Shown here: piece after piece, positions 1 to 12,281 of the stretch
Layout of the letters: each line of letters starts with the position of its first letter
Numbering within the stretch: the first letter of the stretch is position 1
NCBI GenBank assembly: GCA_030390025.1
Contig: CM059430.1
Span: 57,536,001 to 57,600,000, forward strand
Reading direction: 5' to 3'
Length of the DNA: 64,000 nt
Origin: Squalus acanthias
Taxonomy: Eukaryota
The notes under the pieces: generated by a model
Seen by the model: only the letters and a program-made list of their open reading frames with translations
What the model was told of the DNA's origin: nothing
The model's database searches: none
Made by a program: the position numbers and the translations under genes

Positions 1-3000
1 TCTAGGTAAGGGCATGTGACTTTGAGCCTTGGTTAGACACATGAGCTGAGTTTTAGTGACATGTTACACTGAGGTGCTGTGCCATGGAGTACTCAGACGG
101 AGGTTCCCCTCTTCTCCCTCCCTTCCTCCAAACAGACAATCAACAGGGTATCTGGGATAGGCAAGACTCCTTCCTGAAGGGAGGGAGGGAAACGGAGGAT
201 AGTTTAATGCACATCACTCACTCTCCTGGTGACCAGCTCAAAAGCAGCGTAGGCTTCGACTGTGGTTACCTAGGAAACCTCACACCCGAAGACACAGGAA
301 TCATGCAGGGGGAAACCCAAGGTTAAACAAAAGCAGCAGAGAATATGGCAGCCATTTTACCTCACAGAATCTTTTATACATTCGGACCTCTAAAGCCTGT
401 TGTGGTCTCCACAGCTCAGCGTGTGGTCTGGCACTCTCGTTCATTAGTCGTGATGGTGACATCTCCAGCTTTGTAGATTTTGCACTGCGTTCCTTTAGAG
501 ATACTAAGAGATTGTGTGTTTCTGACTCCCTTTCTCTCAAATGATAGTTGGGGTCATGCAAAGCCAGTGAGGACATTACTAAATAATGCAGCACTTCCAC
601 CCTTCAGGGTATGGCGAGAAACTCCCTGGCCGTCCCACCACACTCCTCCTTTTAACTCCAACAGGAGTGTGCCGGGATGAGGCCGGGGGCCGGCCTTGCA
701 GCGGGGACTCTGGGCTGGAGTTTCAGTCCCAAGGCCAGCAGTGGGGGCGGGGACGGAGATTCCCAGCGCTGGGAGCTGCCGCGTCCCCCGCTCTGAGTGG
801 GATCATCAGCCCCTTGGCAGCAGCGGGCCTGGGGTCCACAGCAAGCCTAGGAGTGGGGGCCCAGTCTGGTGGGAGTGGGGGCCCAGGGAAGAATCGTGAT
901 GGGGGCCTGGCTTTTTGCACCTGTGGCGGGCCAGAGCCACTTTCCCCGCTATTTCTATTGATAAAACAGGCCCCTGACCTCAGACACTCCAGTGGGGACA
1001 GATACCGAGGCTTCCAGCGGCCTATTTCTGGGATCCACAGCCCATGGGTCTTCCAGTCAATGACTTCATGGGGATAGATTCTGTCAGATTAAATGAGGAT
1101 TTATTTTGAGGCTTTCGTTCGGTATTTTCTGCCTTTGTGAATTAAGTTGCTGAATTCATTTATCGACCAATCTTTTTACATTTCTTAATGAAATAACGAG
1201 ATGAATTGCGCAGACATGTCTCTGATGATAAAGTTACACTTACATTTGCCCATAGTCTTTCTGTGGGGTTTTGCATTGCAAGCTGCTGTCAGACAAACAT
1301 CCAAACAGCACAGCACCCTCTACAGGGCATCTGGGACCTGTGTGAGCAGGGTGAGCAACTGTGTATCTCCTTAACCAATCAGATAGAAGAATCGTTAATG
1401 AGCAGCGCAGAGTCTGAACCAGGAAGTGTCAGTTAGAATAGTGAATTCAATGTCAAATCAGGCACAGAAAGCAAAATAAAAAGAGGGAAAGAAAGATTGG
1501 ATTAAGAGAGAAAAAAAGAAAGGAAAAAGTAAAAAAAAAGTCTTTTAATTTAAATTTGTATTTTATTAATCTCCATAATAATTAGAAGTTGAAGAAATGA
1601 GACTCCATAATTGTAAAAGTTGCTTTTCAGTGCCAGAGAGCTTGTTTGGCACTAATTAAGAATCATAGAAATTTACGGCACAGAAGGAGGCCATTTCGCC
1701 CATCGTATCTGCTGGCCAAAAAAGAGCTATCCACCCTAATCCCACTTTCCAGCTCCTGGTCCATAGCCTGTAGGTTACAGCACAGCCGGTGCACATCCAA
1801 GTACTTTTTAAATGTGATGAGGGTTTCTGCCTCTACCACCCTTTCAGGCAGTGAATTCCAGCCCCACCCCCCTCCCCCCCAAAAAAAAGTTCTCCTCAAC
1901 TCCCCTCCAATCATTCTACCAATTACTTTAAATCTATGCCCCCTGGTTGTTGACCTCTCTGCTAAAGGAAATAGGTCCTTCTTATCCACTCTATCTAGGC
2001 CCCTCATAATTTTATACACCTCAATTAAATCTCCCCTCAGCCTCCTCTGTTCCAAAGAAAACAACCCCAGCCTATCCAATCTTTCCTCAGAGCTAAAATT
2101 CACCAGTCCTGGCAACATCCTCGTAAATCTCCTCTGTACCCTCTCTAGTGCAATCACATCTTTCCTGTAATGTGGTGACCAGAACTGCACACAGTATTCT
2201 AGCTGTGGCCTAACTAGTGTGTTATACAGTTCAAACATAACCTCCCTGCTCTTATATTCTATGCCTCGGATAATAAAGGAAAGTATCCCGTATGCCTTCT
2301 TAACCACCTTATCTACCTGTCCTGCTACCTTCAGGGATCTGTGGACATGCACTCCAAGGTCCCTCTGTTCCTCTACACTTCTCATTTATTGTGTATTCCC
2401 TTGCCTTGTTAGCCCTCCCCAAATGCATTATCTCACACTTTTCTGGATTGAATTCCATTTGCCTCTTTTCTGCCCACCTGACCAGTCCATTGATATCTTC
2501 CTGCAGTCTACAGCTTTCTTCCTCACTATCAATCACATGGCCAATTTTTGTATATTCTGCAAACTTCATAATCATACCCCCTACATTGAAGTCTAAATCA
2601 TTGATATATATCACAAAAAGCAAAGGACCCAGTACTGAGCCCTGTGGAACCCCACTGGAAACAACTTTCCAGTCACAAAAACACCCATCGGCCAATTTTG
2701 GATCCAACTTGCCGCTTTCCCTTGGATCCCACGGGCTTTTACTTTTCTGACCAGTCTGCAATGTGGGACCTTGTCAAAAGCCTTGCTAAAACCCATGTAG
2801 ACTACATCAAATGCACTACCCTCATTGACCCTCCTTGTTACCTCCTCAAAAAATTCAATCAAATTAGTCAGACACAACCTTCCCTTAACAAATCCATGCT
2901 GACTGTCCTTGACTAATCCGTGTCTTTCTAAATGACGATTTATCCTGTCCCTCAGAATTTTTCCAATAATTTGCCCACCACCGAGGTTAGGCTGACTGGC

Positions 3001-5908
3001 CTGTAATTATTCAGTCAATTCCTTTCTCCCTTTTTAAACAACAGTACAACGTTGGCAGTCCTCCAGTCCTCCGGCACCACACCTGTAGCCAGAGAGGATT
3101 GGGATGTGATGGTCAGGGCCTCCGCTATTTCCTCCCTTGCTTCCCTTAACAGCCTGGGATACATTTCATCCGGGCCTGGTGATTTATCTACTTTCAAAGA
3201 TGCTAAACCCCTTAATATTTCCTCTCTCACTAATCTCATCTAATATTTCATACTCCTCCTTAACTACAATGTCCGCATCGTCCTACTCTTCTGTGAAGAC
3301 AGACACAAATATTCATTAAAAATCATACCCACGTCTTCCACCTCCACACATAGGTTACCTTTCTGGTCTCTAATAGGTCCTACTCTTTCTTTAGTTACCC
3401 CTTTGCTCTTTATGTATTTATAAAACATCTTTGGGTTTTCCTTGATTTTACTTGCCAATATTTTTTCATACCCTCTCTTTGCCTTCCTAATTTCCTTTTT
3501 AATTTCACCCCTGCACTTTCTATACTCCTCTTGGCTTTCTGTAGTATTGAGCTCTCGGTAACTGACATGAGCTTCCCTTTTTTGCCTTACCTACCCGGTA
3601 TACCGCTTGACATCCAGGGGGCCCTAGATTTGGGAGTCCCACCCTTTTTCTTTGTGGGAACATATTTGCTCTGAATCCTCACTATCACCTCCTTGAACAC
3701 CTCCCATTGCTCTGATACTGATTTACCTTCAAGTAGCAGTTTTCAGTCCACTTTTGCTAAATCACATCTCAGCTTCGTAAAATTGGCCTTTCTCCAATTG
3801 AGAACTTTTATTCCTGGTCTATCTTTGTCCTTTTCCATAACTGCACTAAATCTAACTGAATTATGCTCACTACCACCAAAATGCTCGCCCACTGATAACC
3901 CTTCCACCTGCCCAGCTTTAGTCCCTAAAACCAAGTCCAGAACCGTCCCCTCTCTCATTGGGTTTGCTACGTACTGGCTAAAAAAGTTCTCATGAATGCA
4001 TTTTAAGAATTCTGCGCACTCTGTACCTTTTACACTAATTCTATCGCAGTTAATATTAACGTAGTGGAATTCTCCTACTATTATTGCCCTATTGTTTTTG
4101 CACTTCTCAGAAATTTCCCTCAATATTTGCTCTTCTATCTCCCTCTGACTATTCAAGGGTCTATAGTACACTCCCAGCAGTGTGATTGCCCCTTTTTTGT
4201 TGTTCAGTTCAACCCATATGGCTTCAATTGATGGTCCTTCTAACATATATCCCTCCTCACAGCTGTAATTGTTTCTTTAACCAATATTGCAACCCCTCCC
4301 TCCTTTTTTATCCCGCTCTCTATCCCATCTGAAAACCCTGTAACCAGGAATGTTGAGCTGCCATTCCTGCCCTTCTTTCAGCCATGTTTCAGTAATAGCT
4401 ATGATATCATACTTCCACATGTCTCTCTGTGCTCTCAGCTGCTCTGCCTTATTCACTAGACTCCTGGCACTGAAGTATATACCATTAAGCACTTCCAAAC
4501 TCCCTTGTTGTCTATTTTCTAGCCTTTGTTTCCTCTGCCTACTAACCTCACTTACTAATTTTCTGCCTTTCATTTCCAGCTTTGCTTCTCCCTTCTGAAT
4601 CTACGCTCAGGTTCCCATCCCCCTGCCGAGCTAGTTTAAACCCTCTCCAACAGCACTAGAAACCCCCACCATGCACCCCACCCCCCCCACCCCGCAAAGA
4701 TATTGGTACCGGCTCTGTTGAGGTGCAGCCCGTCCAGCCTGTACAAGTCCCACCTCCTCCAGAACCGGTCCCAATGCCTCAGGAATCTAAAGCCATCCCT
4801 CCTGCACCATCTCTCCAGTCACGCATTCATCCGCTCTATCATCCTACTTCTGTACTCACTAGTACATGGCACCGGGAATAACCCAGAGATTACTACCTTT
4901 GAGGTCCTGCTTATTAATCTCTTTCCTAGCTCCCTAAAATCTGCCTGCAGGACTGCATTCCCTCTTTCTACCTATGTCATTGGTACCGATATGGACCACG
5001 ACCTCTGGCTGTTGTAAGTGGTTTTCTCGAGCGCACCGAAAACACACCTCTTACTACAAGTTCTGGACGATAGGGATTATATGGAACAGATCAGACTCGG
5101 ACACCCGTTTGAGCTCAACCGCATTGTGTTTAATAGGATTAACAATAACACTCGTAACAGTGCAAAACAATCAGCAATAACACTTGTAACAGTACAAAAC
5201 AATACAACCCTGGCTTGTCCAACAAGCCATACCGTGCTAAATTACCACGGTCTAATAAAAGAACCCTCCCGTGAAATAAACTAACACAGGACCCCAGCAC
5301 TAAACCCCTCTAAGGTTTGGTTGGGACTTACAATCACCCCCTCACACAGCTAAGTGGTCTTGTGGATGTGTAGGCGCAGGCAATATGCTCACCCCGATTG
5401 CCCGTTGTCTTGCTTGCAGCTTCTTCCTGTACATCTCGCTCCTGGTTCCGTACCGCCGGCGCAGTATCCAAGTTTCAGTTTGAGTCGAGGTCCGTTGATG
5501 AGGGATGAAGAGCAGCGCTCAGCTTCTGGCGGTGTTCCGTCGAGCCGAGCCTCACTCGGGAGACTCGCTGTAGATTGATGCCAAGGAGAAGAGAGAGAGA
5601 GAGCAGCCCCCGAACGGCTCCTGATATACCCAAAACCCATCGCCTTTTCCTCCTGTCAATACTGATCGATGTATTGACTCAAGTGATCTGTCTGGACCCC
5701 CCCCCCCCCACCACTGTGGCCTGGAGTGACTCATGACCGTTGAAATCTTTGTGAAAAATTATATTCCGTTTCCCCGCTCCCAGGCCTGGCACCTGGAGAG
5801 ACAATGAGTGCTGATTACTGGATATCTGTCGTTTCCTGAGTTGATGGCCCCCATTAGCAGGTAATGGGTTTCAATCTCAAACCGAACTTGCTTAACTGGC
5901 TTATCTCC

Positions 5909-6557
5909 TGGGCGAGACCATGCAGACACTGAGACAACGTATGAACGGACACCGCGCAACAATCACCAGGCAGGAGTGTTCCCTCCCAGTCGGGGAACAC
6001 TTCAGCAGTCAAGGACATTCAGCCTCGGATCTGCGGGTAAGCGTTCTCCAAGGCGGACTTAGAAACACATGACAACGCAAAATCATTGAGCAGAAACTGA
6101 TAGCCAAGTTCCGCACTCATGAGGATGGCCTCAATCGGGATCTTGGGTTTATGTCACAATACATGACGTGATCCAGACTCGAGTCGTCGTTGGCTTGTTA
6201 ACAGATGTGATTCCCAGTAAAAAAGTAAAAATGTTAAAGTTTATCGTTTCCCATACTGCGGCTTTTGACACATTGGACCCCCTGTGGCTCCACCTCATTG
6301 TCTCAGTTGTATCTTGCTATGTCTTTGATGTGACCTGATTGCCTTTTGTCACACCTCGGCAGATAAACAGTCAGGGTGATTTAAATATAGTCATCTGCTT
6401 TTGTAAGTAACACATGCATTGTTCTCTATCTATATATGCTTTGGCGATTCTGTATCTCTTTACTTCACCTGAGGAAGGGGCGATCGATAGCTCCGAAAGC
6501 TTGTGATTTCAAATAAAACTGTTGGACTATAACCTGGTGTTGTGTGACTTCTCATTT
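5909..6557 (+). mobile_element. 5'-truncated Penelope-like element (GIY-YIG C-terminus + 3' pLTR), family A
   Basis: GETMQTLRQRMNGHR...LPVGEHF...EQKLIAKFRTHEDGLNRD with one stop; 8-bp TSD TTATCTCC (5901-5908, 6558-6565). Confidence 0.85.
6465..6506 (+). ncRNA. Minimal type I hammerhead ribozyme motif (PLE family A)
   Basis: tcac-CTGAGGA-A-ggggc(gatcgata)gctcc-GAAA-GC-TT-gtga: intact core, stems I and II, palindromic minimal stem III (AAGCTT). Confidence 0.75.
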
Positions 6558-8070
6558 TTATCTCCAGGAGACAATGGCCTGGCCATCTCCTGCCTTCCAC
6601 CAGTTTCGGTTGGGACTGTGATTTATTGATAGTGTCTCTGAGTTACCTCTCGGGGTATTGTTCCCAGTAATCATGTTAGATGGTGATGACGTCAATCGGC
6701 CTGGGTTCCCTTCCACCCAGCCTGTCAGTGTGAGATGTCCATTTGCATATGAATGCACCTTAGTCAGGTTAGCCTGGTTTGCAATCCTATTCCCTAAGCC
6801 ACTCCCACAAGCTTGACCAACAGTACAGTTCTTGGGGTTTGGGATATAAAATATGATTCATAAAAATGGCCAGAAAGCTGGTGCTACACTGTTCACCCTC
6901 CCCCCTCAGAATGTCCTGCAGCCACTCACTGACATCCTTGACCTTGGCACCAGGAAGGCAACATACCATCCTGGAGTCACATCTGCGACCGCAGAAACAC
7001 CTGTCTGTTCCCTTAACTATTGAATCCCCTATCACTATTGCTTTCCTGAAATTCCCCCTCCTCCCCGCCCCCCCCACCCCGTTAAGCTGAGCCACCCACG
7101 GTGCCGTGGTTAGAGAGCGAGATGCACTCGGGGGGACTCCTGCACTACCTGCCTGGTGGTCCTTGTCTGTCTGGCAGTCACCCATTCCCTCTCTGCCTGC
7201 AAACTCTAAAGCTGCGGGGTGACCACCTCCTGAAACGTGCTATCCATGTAGCTCTCGACCTCGTGGATGCCAGCCGCTGCTCAATGCTGAAACCCGGAGC
7301 TCGAGCTCCTCCAGCTGATGACACTTCCTGCACATGTGGTTGTCCAGGACACGAGAAGCATCCTGGACTTCCCACATAGCACAGGATGTGCATTCGACAG
7401 GACTGAGGTGCCCTGCCATGCCTCTATTAGATATCTAGCTACTTAACTTAGAATCCTTGGGTTCTGTGGCTCCACTCCTCCTTTTGAGTTGGACGTGACA
7501 AACCGCCTTCCTCCTCCCCACCAAATGCCTGTATCACCAAATTCTTCCACTCTGCTTGTGCTCCACTACGATTACAATTCACCCAGTTCTGTCTCCAAGC
7601 TTACCACAATTAAGACTTCCCACACTGTTAAAAGGGTACTTAGACTGGAATGGCCAAGTCCTCATCATTTCTGGTGAGTCTAGTTTGTATCTACGATGAC
7701 AATACAGGAACTTCAGGCCGTTCAATTCTTTTGAATGGTGAGTCAGACGGCGAGATGCCGTTTTCTGGAAGCTTAGGAAGGAACGTCACATCTGGGACAG
7801 CAACTTCCGGATTTTCATGTTTAACTGTGCATGTGCGCTCGCCGGAAGTTGCTGTCTAATTTGCACATAAATAACGGTGGGTGCTGTTAGCCTCACCATT
7901 TTTCACAGCAAAATCGGGCCCATTCTCTTTAACAAACCAATACTGACAGGCCCCGCTGGAGATACGGTGCTCGGTGACCCAGCAAAGTCCCATCAAGAAA
8001 GGCTGGGAGAGTCATCAGGGAATCTGGGGCCCAACGCACGCGGCGTCTTACAGCTACAATGGGGGGTTAG

Positions 8071-8635
8071 CCTGAGTGAGGGGGGTCACCCTGAGTGAGG
8101 GGGGTCACCCTGAGTGAGAGCCCAAGGGGGGGTCACCCTGAGTGAGGGGGGTCACCCTGAGTGAGAGCCCAAGGAGGGGTCACCCTGAGTGAGGGGGTCA
8201 CCCTGAGTGAGAGCCCTGGGGGGGTCACCCTGAGTGAGAGCCCAAGGAGGGGTCACCCTGAGTGAGGGGGTCACCCTGAGTGAGAGCCCAAGGAGGGGTC
8301 ACCCTGAGTGAGAGCCCAAGGTGGGGGGGTCACCCTGAGTGAGGGGGGTCACCCTGAGTGAGAGCCCAAGGGGGGTCACCCTGAGTGAGGGGGTCACCCT
8401 GAGTGAGAGCCCTAGAGCTCAAGGTGGGGGGGGGGTCACCCTGAATGAGGGGGTCACCCTGAGTGAGAGCCCAAGGGGGGTCACCCTGAGTGAGAGCCCA
8501 AGGAGGGGTCCCCCTGAGTGAGAGCCCAAGGAGGGGTCCCCCTGAGTGAGAGCCCAAGGTGGGGGGGTCACCCTGAGTGAGGGGGGTCACCCTGAGTGAG
8601 AGCCCTGGGGGGGTCACCCTGAGTGAGAGCCTGAG
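8071..8635. repeat. G-rich minisatellite (variants of GGGGGTCACCCTGAGTGAG[AGCCCAA])
   Basis: More than 20 visible tandem units of about 18-30 bp. Confidence 0.95.
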
Positions 8636-8899
8636 AGGGGTGTGTTGGGGTGGGGGCGGTCAGCTCTCCCGCTGGGGAGCTGTTGTCTTTGTTTGGGGAG
8701 CTGGCCATGGAGCCAGAACACAGAGTAAAACATCAAACTCCTCGACTCAAATCCCGAAATGTGGGCAGAAGGGCGATGAGATGTCTTTATTTTTTTTGTG
8801 GATGGTTGGGACTTTTCTGAAGCAGGTCATGGAGGTGGTGGTGGGTCGGCCAGACACAGAGCGCCGGGACTGGGACACTGGGGACCTGCTCCTTCAGCT

Positions 8900-9434
8900 G
8901 TTTGGAGTCGGGAGGAAAGCTCCCGGGGATACTCCCTGGCGTTGCTCCCGCTCCCTGGTCTGTGGATAGCCCGGGGCTTCACTTCGAGGGACGGGTGGCT
9001 GGGATCTCCACCAGGGCAGGAGCACCTGATGCTGGCGAGGTGGCGGGACCCCGGGAGCGGGACAATGTCACACGGTATGGGATCTGGGGCAGTCAGCAGC
9101 ACCGGAAAGCAGCGCTTTCCTTCTGAGTATTAGCAGGTAGTCGAGTCGGCTGTGCAGACAGGGCGGGCGGGCAAGGCGGAGGGAGAGGGGGGGCGTTGGT
9201 GATTGAACCTCTGATAATATTTCCGCTTTTATCTTGCGGGGAGCTGTGGCAGTTTGTCAGCGCACTCTTTGTGTGTTGCCGCTGCTCCATCTGCAGAGCA
9301 GGCAGGCAGGCAGCGAGCGGGGCCAGGCGCTCTGTGCAAACCGCAGCTCCCGGGCGAGGAGCTTCCCTGGGCCGGGGGACCTGCTCTCCAGAGCCAGCTG
9401 CGATCACTCGCCCGGCCAACCGCCGCCGCTCGGC
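8900..9434 (+). promoter_or_regulatory. CpG-rich putative promoter/5'UTR of the VJ-C1 receptor gene
   Basis: GC/CpG-rich stretch with GGGCGGGCGG GC boxes (~9161) directly upstream of the leader ATG. Confidence 0.45.
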
Positions 9435-9489
9435 ATGTCCTCCAGAACCACACTGCAGTCGCTGCTGATCCTGGCACTGGTCTCCGCAG
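9435..9489 (+). CDS. VJ-C1 Ig-superfamily receptor, exon 1 (signal peptide MSSRTTLQSLLILALVSA)
   Basis: ATG in ggcATG context, hydrophobic leader, phase-1 donor CAG|gtgggt, in frame with the V exon. Confidence 0.8.
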
Positions 9490-9699
9490 GTGGGTCACCC
9501 CCCTCTCACCACAATGGAAAACTTAACCCTTTCAATAATCAGCTATTATTAACGAATCTTAGTTGGTTTAGTTTGCCTCTTGCTTCGTTCCTTTCCTCCT
9601 CCCCTTTACAGGTTCCTCCTGTCTCCTGTGTCTGTCATTCTCTCTCCGTGGTGCCCCGATCATTTGATGTAAAGGGTTTCGAGACGTCCTGGGGTGAAA

Positions 9700-10000
9700 G
9701 GCGCAATATAAATCTCCAACCTTTGCCAGCTCTGATGAAAGGTCAAGCGAATAGTATCGACTCATTTAAGGGGAGGCTAGACAAGCATGTGAGGGAGAAG
9801 GGAATAGAGGGTTCTGCTGAGAGAGTTAGACAGGAAGATGGGAGGAGGCTCGAGTGGAGCATAAATGGGGCATGGACTGGTTGGGCCGAATGGCCGGTTT
9901 CTGTGCCGTATATCCGATGTAATCCTTGTGACCTGAAACGGTAACTCTTTCTCTCTGCATAGTTGCTGCCTGACCTGCTGAGTTTTTCCAGCATCTTGTG
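9700..10000 (+). mobile_element. Penelope pLTR remnant (family B) split by a CR1 3' fragment (~9746-9929)
   Basis: ctgatgaaaggtca | CR1 tail | gacctgaaacggtaactct...gctgcctgacctgctgagtttttccagc matches the reverse complement of the pLTRs at 26671 and 29446. Confidence 0.75.
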
Positions 10001-10042
10001 GGTTTTTTTTTAATATCAATGTAAATCTTTCTTTCCCTGCAG

Positions 10043-10360
10043 TTACCGGGAATCCCGTGCTGCGTGTGGGGCAGTTCCCCGTCAGCCTGAACCAGACCAA
10101 AGGTAGCAATGTGAGCTTGTATTGCACCTTCCCGTTTGCCCAGGATAAAGCAAGTGTCCGAGTGCACTGGTGGAGGGAGGGCGAGCCCAGATTCCTGAAG
10201 GCAAAACGTGACAGCAGGTATCAATTTGAAATTGTCAATAAAGTCAGCGCCGCCTTTCACCTCCTGAATGTGGGCACCTCGGACTCGGGCCTTTATTACT
10301 GCCGAGTGAACAACGCGGGCCAAGTGGGGAATGGGACCGGCTCAAGGCTCCTGGTAACCG
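10043..10360 (+). CDS. VJ-C1 receptor exon 2: single-exon V-set domain with germline J-like G strand (NKp30/antigen-receptor-like)
   Basis: ttccctgcag acceptor, G|gtgagt donor, phase 1-1; SLYCTF, VHWWRE, DSGLYYC, then GNGTGSRLLVT (diglycine GxG...LxV J motif); no RSS seen. Confidence 0.92.
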
Positions 10361-11081
10361 GTGAGTGTCATATTTAATCCTCTGGCTGAAGATGTCCCGT
10401 GTAGCTGCAGCTCGCCCCGTCACTGGAGGCTGGTCCTGAACCGTTCTCGCCGACTTTACAAGTTAGTGAGAGGGAGATGAATAGAGCCGCGACAAGGCTC
10501 TAAACTTACACTGGAATCACTGGCCGGCGCTGGCACCGGCTCGCTCGGGATGTCCCGAACTGCCCAGGCGTGGTGTGTGTCCGGGAGGGAGTCCAGACCC
10601 ACAGAGCCAGTGAGGCCAAACTGAGACATGAGATCCACGGATTTCTGTCATTGAGACTGGGATCAATAAGTATTAGTGTGAGATTAAAGAGGGGGAAGTT
10701 ACAGACTGTTATAACTCAGCTATTCCACAGTCCGTTACTCTGTAAATTGTCCTTCTCTTGGGCTGCAAAGGTCTCTACAAAAGGAGATGTTTAACTACCC
10801 GCGGCGTCCTTCTGCAGTAAAACAAGAAACCCTGGATTTTATCGAAATATGTGTGTCCGGCCCGAGCTCCCGATGCAGTGCCAGCGCCCCGGAGCTGAAG
10901 GATTTCTGTGTGGGCAGACACCTGATGGCGAGTCGCTGTCCATTAAATCCCCGGCCTCCGGCCCCGGCCCCGCACCTGCAGCTCCCGCTAAAACCCCACG
11001 GCGGAGACTGGACTTTCTGTTTACTTCAGGGTGGAATCTGGCCCCTTTTAACCCAGGTGAACTATCCCGTGTAATGTGCAA

Positions 11082-11451
11082 TCATAGAATCATAGAAATT
11101 TACAGCACAGAAGGAGGCCATTTCGGCCCATGGTGTCGCGTGCCGGCCCACGAGGAGCTATCCAGCCTAATCCCACTTCCCAGCTCTTGGTCCATAGCCT
11201 TGTAGGTTACAGCACTTCAAGTGCATATCCAAGTACTTTTTAAATGTGATGAGGGTTTCTGCCTCTACCTCCCTTTCAGACAGTGAGTTCCAGACCCCCA
11301 CCGCCCTCTGGGTGAAAACATTTCTCCTTAAATCCCCTCTAAACCTCCTACCAATGACTTTAAATCTATGCCCCCTGGTTGTTGACCCTCTGCTAAGGGA
11401 AATAGGTCCTTCCTCTCCACTCTATCTAGGCCCCTCATAATTTTATACACC
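11082..11451 (-). mobile_element. CR1 LINE 3' fragment
   Basis: Closely similar to 1662-2020 (atcatagaa tail, cagtgagttccagacc, aaatctatgccccctgg). Confidence 0.85.
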
Positions 11452-12195
11452 CCAGTCCTCCCCAAATTCAATTCTTACCGACTTTCTCCGATAAATTCAC
11501 CGATTTTTAAATATTGCCGGTCGGTTTTTAATTATTTTAATCCAAGTAATAAGGGATTTCCCAGCCCCCCAATTCTCTGCTTTGTATTTGTGTTCCACCC
11601 GGACACCCGCGGTGTGTCTGATGTGATATTCCCATCCCTCTCCGGCTCTCCAAAAATACAAGCAAACCTCTAATCAATACAAATCCCGACTGAAAGTATT
11701 CCCACAACTCATACAATCAGCAAAAGAGAAGTGAATAAATCTGCAAGTGTTTGTTGAGAATTTTTTTTAAGCTAGTGGGATATTATGGTATGATATGGTA
11801 TGTATTAACATTCTCCTATCAATTATTTAACCGATGGATTACCTGGTTTATTTTATGCTATAAAATGCTGTAATTGACGGTTTTATCAGGTTAACCGGTC
11901 TGTAATATTTCATCAACACTTGGCACATTTACATCAAATTCCTCTATTGGTTATTTTAACGGAGATGTTAACTTGTTTTTTTTTACACTGCGAATGAGGT
12001 TTTGCCCGCTTTTCGCTCCCATAATCTGACTAAAGTGTTGCTCCTAATTTTGAACTGGATTTAATGTCCATATAATCGGAAACATTCCCAGAATATTAAA
12101 TAAAATAATTTTGAAACGAAGATCTGTCTCAGCAAATACAGGGAGAAGTGATCCGGGTCTCATTGAATGGAGGGGCCCAACCTTTCCCTACGAAG

Positions 12196-12281
12196 GGAGT
12201 TGGCAGCAGTCAGTCTCAGCCGGAGTTGGCAGCAGTCAGTCTCAGCCGGAGTTGGCAGCAGTCAGTCTCAGCCGGAGTTGG
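12196..12281. repeat. 26-bp tandem repeat, ~3.3 copies (GGAGTTGGCAGCAGTCAGTCTCAGCC)
   Basis: Identical units visible directly. Confidence 0.9.

Larger units (their letters stand above)
5013..6888. mobile_element. Probable solo LTR (Gypsy/ERV-type) inserted in CR1 ORF1
   Basis: TGTA...TACA termini; 4-bp TSD CTGT (5009-5012, 6889-6892); removing it restores the CR1 ORF1 peptide RGEGEQ-PEVVVHIG; about 1.2 kb once the nested element is removed. Confidence 0.75.
1662..7607 (-). mobile_element. Full-length degenerate CR1 LINE (ORF1 Zn-finger/leucine zipper/SGNH esterase; ORF2 APE endonuclease + RT)
   Basis: ORF1 ATG at 7419 (MAGHLSPVECTSCAMWEV...CRKC), esterase IVIGDSIV...RGEGEQ/PEVVVHIGTND; ORF2 fragments IIAITETWL, GVYYRP, KSPGPD, FSKAFDKVPH, GVPQGSVLGPLLF, LVRPQLEYCVQFWSP; frameshifted; 8-bp TSD AATTAAGA at 1654-1661 and 7608-7615. 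Confidence 0.92.
1120..7921. mobile_element. Non-autonomous interspersed repeat (probable DNA-transposon/MITE derivative), split by a CR1 insertion; own sequence ~1120-1661 and ~7608-7921
   Basis: Both halves align collinearly with a second copy at ~32893-33872 (e.g. aaccaggaagt, ttttcagtgccagagag, aattaagact, acttccggattt...gaagttgctgtc). Left boundary approximate. Confidence 0.6.

Noticed and set aside
586-1077. 163-aa Gly-rich ORF
   Set aside because: GC-rich repeat-like sequence, open in several frames, no recognisable domain.
9234-9944. 236-aa ORF as a gene
   Set aside because: Composite of GC-rich 5' sequence, the leader exon, intron and CR1 tail.
10043-10360. Assigning the symbol NCR3 (NKp30) or a TCR/IgL name
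   Set aside because: The C1 domain, uncharged TM and long Tyr tail differ from NKp30; lack of RSS and separate J segments argues against a rearranging locus. Orthology needs phylogeny.
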